A stretch of 64,000 nucleotides of DNA from Tubulanus polymorphus (taxonomy: Eukaryota; Animalia; Nemertea), in NCBI RefSeq assembly GCF_964204645.1, contig NC_134032.1:2104416-2168415 (forward strand), read 5' to 3'. The position numbers and the translations under genes were made by a program. This document shows, piece after piece, positions 12,488 to 24,500 of this stretch. Position 1 is the first letter of the stretch. Every line of letters begins with the position of its first letter. Under the pieces are notes generated by a model that saw only the letters and a program-made list of their open reading frames with translations, was not told the origin of the DNA and did not search any database.

Positions 12488-12510
12488 CGTCGTTGTTGTT
12501 GTTGTTGTTG
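12453..12510. repeat. (TTG)n microsatellite
   Basis: Seen directly. Confidence 0.95.
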
Positions 12511-12591
12511 GTGAATCGATTTAGGGGGCAAACATTTTCCCCCGGGTAGGCCTAAATTTTGGCCACGGTTAACAATCAACTCATTTCTTAC

Positions 12592-15423
12592 CTCCCAAAA
12601 ATGTCTTCATCGTAGTTGATTTGGGAAGTATGTTCAGCACCTGTGAAAACAAAAAATAATGTAACATCAGGCGCCAGTTTAATAGGGAAGTTTCCAGGCG
12701 CCATTTTTATTTGAGGCGGTCCCAGAGGTCCCGCATTGTTGGACAGATTTCAACATTTTTTAAACTAGAACCTCTAGCGCGATCAATTGTCATCCATCCC
12801 TCTTTTGGCACATAATTTAAACTTGTGAATCGTTAGAAAGGTGACAATTTCTATTTTTCTGACGGTGTTTATCGCATTTTCTCGGCTGCCACAATCGAAC
12901 ACGGTTACAGTTTAAAAAAGATACGTCACTCTTAGGAAGGCGGAATAAAAAATTGGTAATTTTGTACTCATTAACCTTTTCATTTTTTGAAATGCAATTT
13001 GGAATTTTTCACTGCATATCGAGTTTTATCTGAGGGTTTTGTTGATATTGCATTTGTAAAAAAAAATATCCTCATAAAAACGCGCGTGGCCACTGGCAAC
13101 TTCCATATAGACTTGATCGACCCGGGTTTATCATGTCAGATGCAACCAGTGCCCTCAATCCAAACATGCCTAAATCAGCAGTTCCCACGAGACAAGTATC
13201 AATCGGCATCTTGTCTGGAGCACTCCCCGCACAGAATGAACCAGTGTGCAGCCTGGTTCGGAGCCTCCCTAACCACCTCATTCGCGTCTTACCTGTTTTG
13301 GTTTTGTTGCCTCCTACACCAACAGCTGGCTGAACTAGAAAGTGAACCGAATAGAATAAAAATCTCGTTGCGGTTAAGCACTGAGATGAGCATCTTAAAA
13401 CTACAGCTGGATACGAAACCCACAATGGGGGTTTATTCAACTGATATCCCTGACTATTAGGATATAGTCGAAATGTTGAATAAACTACACTAGCTCGAGG
13501 AAACATTTTAGACTCCTTTTATTCTTAGTGTGCAGGGATTTTATATTATCTTTACAACACGGACTCAGAGTGTTTCATCAATGGTTATAATGAGGACAAC
13601 ATCAGTATTCCTGAAGATGACTATTATGATAAAGTCGAAACGTTGAATAAACTACACTAGCTCAAGGAATACAGTATTCCTGAAGATGACTATTAGGATA
13701 TAGTGGAAACGTTGAATAAACTACACTAGCTCGAGGAAACATTTCAGGATCTTTTTATTCTTAGTGTGCAGGGATTTTATATTATCTTTACAACACGGAC
13801 TCAGAGTGTTTCACCAATGGTTATAATGAGGACAACATCAGTATTCCTGAAGATGACTATTAGGATATAGTCGAAACTTTGAATAAACTACACTAGCTCA
13901 AGGAAACATTTCAGACTCTTTTTATTCTTAGTGTGCAGGGATTTTATATTATCTTTGCAACACGGACTCAGTGTGACACCGATGGCAATTGGTTAAGTTT
14001 TCAAATGTTCTTCAAGAGAAAATATGATTGGATTTCAATTGAAATGTAAAATAAATGAGGACACGCTCCAAGTACGGTGGTGGCCCGTTGCTGGATAGCG
14101 GTTCGTTCATACAAACCCTTTGAAACCCGTTAATCCACTCACGGGTTAACGCACCTGACTGGTCACCATTCACGATACTGACCAGACAAACCTCTAACAC
14201 GTCACTTGTCTATCGGGTTAGTGGTTAGCATGATCGGCTGCCATGCCAGGGATCGGCGGTTCGAGTCCCGCTGGGGTAAGTGTTATTGACTGGCTCATGT
14301 TAAATTCATTTTATACAGTTTTCAAAATCTTTATAAATTCCATTAATAAATTATTATTCATATTAATATAATAATCAAGCAATATATGTTTTATTTTTCA
14401 AGGCGTCGCTAAACTGTCAAGTTAGTTTTCTTATCTATTAAAAGCATTATTTACTTACTTATGGGATATCCAGCGCTTTCCTCAACTGTCCCTAGGGGCG
14501 CTGAAACTAATAATAAATCGTAGTCAGATAATCGATCGAGTTAAAAGTCTCAGAGTCCACGGTAAAATTTACAGAATTTTTTATTGGGAATTCCAGTTCC
14601 AGTTCGCGTGAATGCTCCTCCATCCAGCCTGAACCGGCCAGCGACTGATTGGGGTTTATTTTTATTGGCTGCCCAATTTCAATACATTAACACAATCAAA
14701 GATTTCAAGTAATGAACACGGAATACTTGAAGAATAGATATTAATTTTTATATTCAAGTTTTTTAACAAACGGATAATTTTTTCGTAATTTCAATGTCAT
14801 GTATTTCACCGAAAATTGCATCTTTAATTTTCCTATTTCTAACCTAATAAAGTGTTAAGATTACACTATGTAGACAGTGCGCTATATCAAGAAAATGAAT
14901 TATTATCAATACTAATATCATAATCGGATGTTGTCCAAACACTGGCTTCAAAATAATGTACAGACAAAAGTTTCTTAGCCGTAAAGTAATCAATCAAGAA
15001 CACAATTCGTAAACAGTAGGGTCTATATAGTAGTCAACGATAACCACACTAAAACGTGGTGAACGGATAATAAGATAAAATCCCACTATTAACAGATTAA
15101 ACGAATTTAAAAACCTGAATTTATTTATTCAATCAAAAATATATTAATGACACGACACCTGACGATGATCTCTAGGGTGAGATCGAAACGTCGTGTCTTA
15201 TATATATTTTTGATTGAATAAATAAATTCTGGTTTTTAAATTCTTTTAATCTGTTAATAGTGGGATTTTATCTTAGTAGGGTCTATTCGCTTTGCGATGG
15301 AGATTTTGAAATAACTTTCAACGCATCCCCGTTTTCCCAGTCCGAACACTTACTGATTCCGTTGGTCGCGATTATGAGTATGACAAGACTGGAGATGCAC
15401 CATAAGGCTCGGTATGAAGCCAT
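12592..15423 (-). CDS. Secreted-protein gene, first two coding exons (3' exons unresolved)
   Basis: Exon 15433-15354 (ttttcag acceptor, ATG at 15423, MASYRALWCISSLVILIIATNGI, GTAAGT donor, phase 1) joins in frame to exon 12640-12592 (ttttcacag acceptor, SAEHTSQINYDEDIFG, GTAAG donor, phase 2). Confidence 0.6.
13451..13972 (+). ncRNA. Hammerhead-ribozyme tandem repeat array 2
   Basis: Same family as array 1, on the + strand. TATTC-CTGAAGA cores start at 13606, 13675 and 13842, each with point variants. A 5'-truncated copy sits at 13451. Confidence 0.85.
14206..14278 (+). pseudogene. tRNA-Gly(GCC)-like pseudogene or tRNA-derived SINE head
   Basis: A box tagtggttagc, CTGCCAT loop and B box ggttcgagtcc. 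Acceptor and anticodon stems pair poorly. Confidence 0.5.
15071..15275. repeat. Long imperfect inverted repeat enclosing the solo hammerhead
   Basis: taagataaaatcccactattaacagattaaa...gacacgac pairs with gtcgtgtc...tttaatctgttaatagtgggattttatctta; arms ~85 bp. Confidence 0.9.
15154..15197 (+). ncRNA. Solo minimal type I hammerhead ribozyme
   Basis: GACAC-CTGACGA-T-GATCTC-TAGGGT-GAGATC-GAAAC-GTC-GTGTC. Stems I and II are perfect; predicted cleavage after C15192. Confidence 0.85.
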
Positions 15424-16529
15424 CTTGAAAATCCTGAAAATATGGAAGGAATATGTCTCAATTTGATTCTATTTCTCAATTTCAAGTCGTCGTTACTTCA
15501 TTCGGTTCCATTTCTGAATGCCTTAGTCGTCATTAAGATCGGGACATTCTTGATTTAGATCTCGTATTTTTATCCGATTTGTTTTTTAATTCTTTTTACG
15601 ATTTAATTCACTAAGTTAAGTGTAAGTCATCGTTTTGGCAAGTCGTCACATTGCTGAAGTCATTTGATAAATACAACATACTGATAATCTTCTTCTTTTT
15701 TTTCTCAATATGGCGTCATATTTAATCGATGACGTCGCCTACAAAACCTTTTATCTAAGGGGCCTGAACGTCCTAGTAATTGTACAGCCTTTAAGGCTCT
15801 GTTCCTAGGTCCCTCATCATCAATCTACTTATTTGTTATATATTTTATTTGTAATTATAATTGATGATGAAATAAATTACATTACATTAAATTTCTATAT
15901 TTTCAATCCAGATTTGAATTTGTAATTCAATAAGGCCTACTGATGATATACACATATAAGGTCGTGATTTGGATAATATTCACGTATCGGCTCCACGCCT
16001 GAATTTACGGTATATTCTACTAAAAAACTACTCACTTTTTTCGAGATCAGCAAAGTTGAATCCCTCCGGTAATCAGTTCGGTCGTTGTCGAGTTGGAAGA
16101 TTTTCTCGAATACGAAGACGCGAGTCGTATCGCAATCTTCTCGTGCACGCAATGGCCGCCACATGCTCGTGAGACTACTAATTAAATGAAATATCATCTC
16201 AAAAGAGAATCGACCCGATTGAGCGTGGAATACAAAAACGATTTAGAGACCCTGCTTTGACGCATTGTGAGTTTATCTATGGTTCTTCATAATTACATTT
16301 TTTACGTATATTGGTTTTGCCTGAAATCGCCTTCGTATGAAATACATCGTTACCGTTATTAAACCTTAATCGAATCATCCCCCGCTGAGCGAGGCGATTG
16401 TGTCAACGAAAATCGCGTTGCGTTCGTTTCTTTAAGGATTATTAGAATTATAGATTTTAGAATTATAGAACCATATAGTTATTGCGCGGAACATATCATA
16501 TTGAAACAGGTGTTGAGTGAAGCTAGATG

Positions 16530-17052
16530 TCCCCCTCCCCTCCCTCCTCCTGATCAGTCTCCGTCTCCCTAGCACTCTCATTCTACATCTTCCTCTCCCT
16601 CTCCCTCTCCCTCTCCTGGCTTCCCTGGCCCTCCCTCTCCTGGCTCTCTCTCTCTCCTGGCTCCTCCTCTCCTGGTTCTCCCTCTCCTGGCTCCTCCTCT
16701 CCTGGCTCTCCCTCTCCTGGCTCTCCCTCTCCTGGCTCTCCCTCTCCTGGCTCCTCCTCTCCAGGCTCTCCCTCTCCTGGCTTTCCCTATCCCTCTCCTG
16801 GCTCTCCCTCTCCTGGCTCTCCCTCTCCTGGCTCTCCCTCTCCCTCTCCTGGTTCTCCCTCTCCTCTCCCCTCTCTCTCTCTTCCTCTCCTGGCTCTCCT
16901 GGCTCTCCCTCTCCTGGCTCGCTCCTTACCTCTCCTGGCTCTCCCTCTCCTGGCTCTCTCCCTCTCTCTCCCACCCCTGGCTCTCCCTCTCCCTCTCCCT
17001 CTCCTGGCTCTCCCCTCCCTCTCATGGCTCTCCCTCTCCTTGCTCTCCCTCT
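16530..17052. repeat. Polypyrimidine/polypurine minisatellite (ctctccctctcctgg)n
   Basis: Seen directly; explains ORFs 16432-17238 and 16517-17098. Confidence 0.9.
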
Positions 17053-17947
17053 AAGGTTAAGTAGTTGCCATTTCATTTGTATGAACCAACATGCATAACT
17101 AATGGGATTTTGTATCATCGAGACTCGTATCCATAAAGTATATAAGTATGCAAGTATATAATAACTAAACTCAATGAAAGATTCATTTACACACCCCGCT
17201 CTCATCATAATAGCTTCTATACGCTCAGTAAGCATCACATTAATTATCCGTCACAGTTTTTCATTTTAACAATATTCCCTCGACGGGCTGCAGGTCAAAA
17301 CGCGCGGATACCGTAGTATGCTTGTGCGATGTTGCGTGATGTTATACAGGCAGCTGACAACACCTATAGCCAGCACACTGTTTATCGTATAGCCTATGTA
17401 GGCCTATGATGAATTTCATTTTCAACATAAAACTGACTAGTACTACAGTGTAACTGTCATTCTATCACATGCAGGTTAGTTTCCCTTGTCGGGCCATTCT
17501 TTAAGATTATGCGCTTTTAGATTAATTTGCGAAGGGCCAAAATGATTCCATGCTTGTCTCAAAAACTTACGTTTCGTTATGACTTGACCAAATCGTTTTC
17601 ATTCTTATCTACATAATGTTTTGTAACGTAAAGAATCTTAACATTTAGAAGCAATAGAGCGCTACATACAAATAATTAAAAAAGGATTTGCTAGACGCCC
17701 GCTTAGGGTCCACCCCCAGACGCTTTGTAAATATCATTTGGTATATCCAACAGCACTGCCTTTTTCGGGGTTCTCTGATCCCTCCCTCCCCTATTCACGT
17801 GGTTATACGGCCCTGGAAAAATGGTTCAAGAATTCGGCAGCAAAAATACTGACCTACCATTACTTTCTTTAAGCCATGCATTTAAAAGTCTAATCTGAGT
17901 GTATACGTTTTGATTCATTCTAGTGCGATATATCTCGACTTCTTAAC

Positions 17948-19673
17948 ATGTCAACGATACGGGCCGCCATTTTGGTGACGTCATTCGTTGTGGCCGCCAT
18001 TGATGTCACATGTAAGTTGAACATTGAAATAGACAAGTGGACTGCGGTTTCACGAACCGATACTCATATTGACTCAGAATTAAATTGAAATCAGGCCCCA
18101 GGTTAAAGTTTATACCGGAGTCTATAAAACTGACCCAGGCGCTTCGAATATTTGATCCATAATAGCCCGGCATCGATTCTAGTAAAAAAAAAACGTAGAT
18201 TCATTTTAGAATATATCGAGTCGCTAAAAATGTTGTTAAGATTTGTAGAGGGTTTGCTTGTTGGGTCGTCTTCGTTCCCTTCGACTTACCCGAATGGATC
18301 ATTCATTTAACCTCATGACGGGCCGGCCTTTGAAGTGTTGCCCGCACACTGCAAGCAGCCAGCAGGACTCGAACCCACTCAGCACTGGTCGTGTTTCCCC
18401 AGAACTAACCCTATTGGATTTTTCATTTAACCTCTCGATTGGACCGCGGCCTTTGAAGTGTTGCCCGCACACTGCAAGCAGCCAGCAGGACTCGAACCCA
18501 CTCAGCACTGGTCGTGTTTCCCCAAAACTAACCCTATTGGATTTTTCATTTAACCTCTCGATTGGACCGCGGCCTTAAGTGTTGCCCGCACACTGTAAGC
18601 AGCCAGCAGTTCGCTTGCGTGATCACTCAGCTCTGATAGTGAATAATAACGGCATAACGCCTGATCCCACTGAGCTAGTAATACTAGTATATATCACTGA
18701 TATATACTAGTATTACTAGCTTCATCGGCGAAAGCTCGGACTTCAAATAATGTAAGTCACCCCTGCATTAAAGTCTATCCGCCTGGTTTCATTTGTTGTG
18801 TTTAGTCACTAATGCCCCAGTTGCATACGTGCAGATTATGTGTTATTTTCAAGGTGTTAAGTAAGTTGTTTTTCTCGTTACAGATTCAAGCGAAGAACAC
18901 CTAGTTTGGGGTATGTCATTTTAGAAACGAAACGCACCATACGAGCTCGATTCGAATTTGATAAGTTTTCCTTTTTCCGATAGATGGCATATGCGTCGAC
19001 GAAGGACAACACTGTAGCGAGTTGGCGAAAGGCGGCGGTTGCCACACAGCCATGTGGTATATGTATCGTTTCTGTCGGAGTTCGTGTAAGCTTTGTCGCG
19101 GCTGCCAAGACTATCGTAACAAGTGAGTTCAGTTCTTTCTGGTAGACTGGTTACCGGTGTCTATCTCCACATTGAATGGGACAGGCAACCAGTCTATTGT
19201 TTCTGGTTTCGTGCCACCGTGGCGGAGTCTCACGATGCAATCAGGTTCGAATCCCAGGGAAGAATGTGGCAGAGTCTCACGATGCCATCAGGTTCGAATC
19301 CCAGTCGAGGGTGGGATGTGGCGGAGTCTCACGATGCAATGAGGTTCGAATCCCAGGGAAGAATGTGGCAGAGTCTCACGATGCCATCAGGTTCGAATCT
19401 CAGTCGAGGGAGGATCACTCAAGTTTCTATGATCGTAACTACATTTTTTTCTATTCTAGTTGCTTAGATATAGTCTCCGCTGGGACTTGCTCCGCGCACA
19501 AGCAGGACTGTAGACTATCATGCGGATTTTGTGAACCGACAACCTGTCGGGACCGTCATAAATATTGCCAGTTCTGGGCGGCGATTGGCGAGTGCAACAG
19601 GAACCCCAGATATATGAAAGTACATTGTAAACTTTCTTGTGAAATTTGCTCGTACAAATTTGCCTTAACTTAA
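17948..19673 (+). CDS. Secreted protein with three ShK (ShKT) domains
   Basis: Exons 17948-18011 (signal MSTIRAAILVTSFVVAAIDVT), 18884-18910, 18984-19122 and 19460-19673 have compatible phases. Domains: CVDEGQHCSELAKGGGCHTAMWYMYRFCRSSCKLC, CQDYRNNCLDIVSAGTCSAHKQDCRLSCGFC and CRDRHKYCQFWAAIGECNRNPRYMKVHCKLSCEIC. Confidence 0.85.
18300..18610 (-). repeat. 123-bp tandem repeat of a B-box-containing SINE-like unit
   Basis: Minus strand gagtgggttcgagtcctgctggctgc...; ~2.5 copies, with a solo relative at ~38400-38490. Confidence 0.65.
19219..19412 (+). repeat. ~50-bp B-box-containing tandem repeat
   Basis: gtggcagagtctcacgatgccatcaggttcgaatccc x4; same family as 49730-50222. Confidence 0.85.
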
Positions 19674-19872
19674 CGATTCTCGTGGTCGATTAAAATGTGT
19701 TGATATTTATAATGACCGACTTCTGTATCATTGATTTCTGAAAAGATCATCGTAAGTAAAATTCATCAACCTATAGATGGATAAGAACGAACTACAACAT
19801 GAACTCAGGACTAGACTGACCGACTGCATCCACCAGGATTCAAATGTAGCAACAGGATATGTTAGAATGTTC

Positions 19873-20930
19873 AAGATCAGTCTAAGTTCATTTTGGTTCT
19901 ATAACCAATCTAACAACTTAAGACCGGTCTAAGCTCATTTTGGTTCTATAGCCAATCTAACAACTTAAGACCAGTCTAAGACCAACTTCGTTCTATAGCC
20001 AATCTAACAACTTAAGTCCAGTCTAAGCTCATTTTGGTTCTATATAACCAATCTAACAAATAAATACCAGTCTATGCTTATTTTAGTTCTATAGCCAATC
20101 TAACAACTTAAGACCAGTCTAAGCTCATTTTGGTTTTATAGCCAATCTAACAACTTAAGACCAGTCTAAACTCATTAGGTTCTATAACCAATCTAACAAC
20201 TTAAGACCAGGCTAAGCTCATTTTGGTTCTATAACCAATCTAGCAACTTAAGCTCAGTCCAATTCAATCTAACAACTTAAAATCAGTCCAATCTAATGTT
20301 TACTTCTATAGCCAATCTAACAGCTTAAGACCAGTCTGAGCTTATTTTGGTTCTATAACCAATCTAACAGCTTAAGATCAGTCTAAGTTCATTTTGGTTC
20401 TATAACCCAATCTAACAACTTAAGACCGGTCTAAGCTATTTTGGTTCTATAACCAATCTTACAACTTAAGACCAGTCTAAGCTCATTTTGCTTCTATAAC
20501 CAATCTAACAACTTAAGACAGTCTAAGCTCATTTTTGTTTTATAACCAATCTAACAAATTAAGACCGGTCTAATCTCGTTTTGGTTCTAAACCAATCTAA
20601 CAACTTAAGACCAGTCTAAGCCATTGTGGTTCTATAGCCAATCTAGCAACTTAAAACCAGTCTAAGGTCATTTTGGTTCTATAACCAATCTAACAACTTA
20701 AGACAGTCTAAGCTCATTTTGGTTATATAACCAATCTAACAACTTAAGACCAGTCTAAGCTCATTTTGGTTATATAACCAATCTAACAACTTAAGACCAG
20801 TCATAGCCAATCTAGCAATTTAAAACCAGTCTCAGCTCATTTTAGTTCTATAATTAATTTAACACTAAGCTCATTTTGATTCTACAACCAATTCTATACA
20901 TCTTAAGACCAAACTGAGCTCATTTTGGTA
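19873..20930 (+). repeat. 47-bp satellite
   Basis: agaccagtctaagctcattttggttctataaccaatctaacaactta; period 47 (19921 to 19968). Confidence 0.95.
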
Positions 20931-21533
20931 TCTGGTCCACTTTTTGACTGAAATCACGACTGTGCCTACAACTACTGTGATTACAATTCATGTTGCTACC
21001 AAGTAAAAAAACAAAGCCATTAAAAACCGCAAAATTTGCTATATCATCGACATCTCATAAAAACAGCTGAAAATGCGGAAGTTTTTTTATATCTGAAACT
21101 CTATAATGATGCTGTTATTATTGTCCAGTCCCAGTTATATATTCAATCTGATACCAGGATATCAAACACATTCTATATATCTAACAGCGCGTACAGCACG
21201 TACTGTATCGAAACTACCTAATTCAAACGATATTGATACGAAAGGTAAGCTAAATATCTAAATATGAGTTAGTTCAAACCATATTTGATTGAATTATATA
21301 TAAATAGGCCTAATGAAGCACGTTGGCCCTGTTCACGGTTCAATTCGAATTAGTAGTTCATATCGTTCGTAGCCACTGTTTATTTTTGAGATCATGAAAC
21401 GAGGACGAGTGTCTGTAAATACTTTTAACTTATTTCGAAAACAAAAGAAAAAAGTTTCCGTCAAGAATGTGATAAATGCATGACGAAGAATGTTGAAGTA
21501 TATATAATTGACGCATTATTTCCTTCGTTTCAG

Positions 21534-24500
21534 ATGTCGACGAACACTCCGCGAGTTTTCATCGCGGCTGCCATCTTGTTCTGGCTGACTGTGACAGTCG
21601 CTTCGAGAAATCTAGAGGACATCGAAGGTAAGCGGGAACTGGAAACTGAAGAACAAGAAGACTAATAACATTTGGCGATTTAATAATATGTTCTGATGGT
21701 TACGTTCATTAAAGTTAAAGTTCATATTCATTGACGAAATAATGACTGCTACAGACAGATATAAGCTAGGAGTGATATTACCAATATCACTTCTCTCCAG
21801 GGAGAGATGACTGATACACAGTTACAGATATAGGCTAGGGGTAATAATACCAATATCACTTCTCTCCAGGTAGAGATGACTGATACACAGTTACAGATAT
21901 AGGCTAGGGGTAATAATACCAATATCACTTCTCTCCAGGGGGAGATGACTGATACACAGTTACAGATATAGGCTAGGGGTAATAATACCAATATCTCATC
22001 TCTCCAGGGAGAGATGACTGATACACAGTTACAGATATAGGCTAGGGGTAATAATACAAATATCACTTCTCTCTAGGGAGAGATGACTGATACACAGTTA
22101 CAGATATAGGCTAGGGGTAATAATACCAATATCACTTCTCTCCAGGTAGAGATGACTGATACACAGTTACAGATATAGGCTAGGGGTAATAATACCAATA
22201 TCACTTCTCTCTAGGGAGAGATGACTGATACACAGTTACAGATATAGGCTAGGGGTAATAATACCAATATCACTTCTCTCCAGGTAGAGATGACTGATAC
22301 ACAGTTACAGATATAGGCTAGGGGTGATAATACCAATCTCACTTCTCTCTAGGGAGAGATGACTGATACACAGTTACAGATATAGGCTAGGGGTAATAAT
22401 ACCAATATCACTTCTCTCCAGGTAGAGATGACTGATACACAGTTACAGATATAGGCTTGGGGTGATAATACCAATCTCACTTCTCTCTAGGGAGAGATGA
22501 CTGATACACAGTTACAGATATAGGCTAGGGGTCATAATACCAATATCACTTCTCTCTAGGGAGAGATGACTGATACACAGTTACAGATATAGGCTAGGGG
22601 TAATAATACCAATATCACTTCTCTTCAGGGGGAGATGACTGATACACAGTTACAGATTTAGGCTAGGGGTAATAATACAAATATCACTTCTCTCCAGGGG
22701 GAGATGACTGATACACAGTTACAGATATAGGCTAGGGGTAATAATACCAATATCACTTCTCTCTAGGGAGAGATGACTGATACACAGTTACAGATATAGG
22801 CTAGGGGTAATAATACAAATATCACTTCTCTCCAGGGAGAGATGACTGATACACAGTTACAGATATAGGCTAGGGGTAATAATACCAATATCACTTCTCT
22901 CCAGGGAGAGATGACTGATACACAGTTACAGATATAGGCTAGGGGTAATAATACAAATATCACTTCTCTCCAGGGAGAGATGACTGATACAAAGTTACAG
23001 ATATAGGCTAGGGGAAATAATACCAATATCACTTCTCTCTAGGGAGAGATGACTGATACACAGTTACAGATATAGGCTAGGGGTAATAATACCAATATCA
23101 CTTCTCTCCAGGGGGAGATGACTGATGCACAGTTACAGATAGGCTAGGGGTAATAATACCAATATCACTTCTCTCCAGGTAGAGATGACTGATACACAGT
23201 TACAGATTTAGGCTAGGGGTAATAATACCAATATCACTTCTCTCCAGGGGGAGATGACTGATACACAGTTACAGATTTAGGCTAGGGGTAATAATACCAA
23301 TATCACTTCTCACCAGGTAGAGATGACTGATACACAGTTACAGATATAGGCTAGGGGTAATAATACCAATATCACTTCTCTCCAGGTAGAGATGACTGAT
23401 ACACAGTTACAGATATAGGCTAGGGGTAATAATACCAATATCACTTCTCTCCAGGGGGAGATGACTGATACACAGTTACAGATATAGGTTAGGGGTAATA
23501 ATACCAATATCACTTCTCTCCAGGGGGAGATGACTGATACACAGTTACAGATATAGGCTAGGGGTAATAATACCAAATTATCACTTCTTTACTTACATAT
23601 ATATAGACAAGGACCCAGTTCCACAGTTGTGAGTTAGAGTTAACTATGAATTAAAATTAGTTCATTTTCGATGAGTTAACTCAGAGTTTAATCTTAACTC
23701 GGAACTGTGGAACTGAACCAAGGGGTTTGGTCCAGTTTTATAAACTGGTATTAATTTCAACCCAAAGCCTGAAATTAAATTCATTTTCGATTGAGTTGAA
23801 AATATCGGGTCAGAGTTAAAACCGGGCCCTGGACTGTATCAAAAAGCCGCCTTACATTTTCCACGCGCCTCGCTTTTTGGGTACCTATATTTTCCAACCA
23901 AACTTATTTTGTTCCGTTCCTCTGCATGGGATGAAGATAGGAACAAAGTGAAAATATCGATGAAACCAGTTGATAATTACATTTTTATGACGTCACTACT
24001 TTTGAATATTTACTGCAACAATGCGGATATAAAACACTGATACCACATTTTGGATAATTCAACTTAAATCATTGTTCGTTTCACCCAATAGCCAAAATTG
24101 TAACACAATTTAAGTTACATTTTTAAACTTCTCAGAATCAATAGAAATACTTAGTTTGTTTAACGCTTTTTACAATTTTCAATTATACATATATTATTTT
24201 TTAAAACCAATATTGGATCAAACTTCCAAAACACGTTTCGTACGTTTCTTTTTCTATATCAGATATTTTACCGGTCCCTATTCTGAGAAAACCGATCATA
24301 TTCTTCAGTCACTATGGAAATAAGGGCTGTGTTAGCTATATATGGAAAACTTTCTCATTTTTGATAGATAACGTAATTGAATACGTTCAATGGATTTGTT
24401 CATGAATGAAGCATAACTACGAATGATTCAGAGGAGGCTTTCATAGATTTGTTTTTGTGTATTTAGAAAACTGTTTAGAGTTTTAAAATAAAACCCGATA

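Noticed and set aside
12987-13506. 157-aa and 144-aa opposing ORFs
   Set aside because: No recognisable domain or splice support; they lie in a predicted intron and run into the hammerhead repeat.
16432-17238. 268-aa and 193-aa ORFs
   Set aside because: Translations of the polypyrimidine minisatellite.
21749-23576. Hydrophobic 23-aa repeat ORFs
   Set aside because: Translations of the 69-bp intronic satellite, interrupted by stops.
24263-24372. Possible extra exon of the Ig receptor after tttttctatatcag
   Set aside because: No convincing phase-1 donor and no Ig features; exon 1 already joins 24913 in frame.
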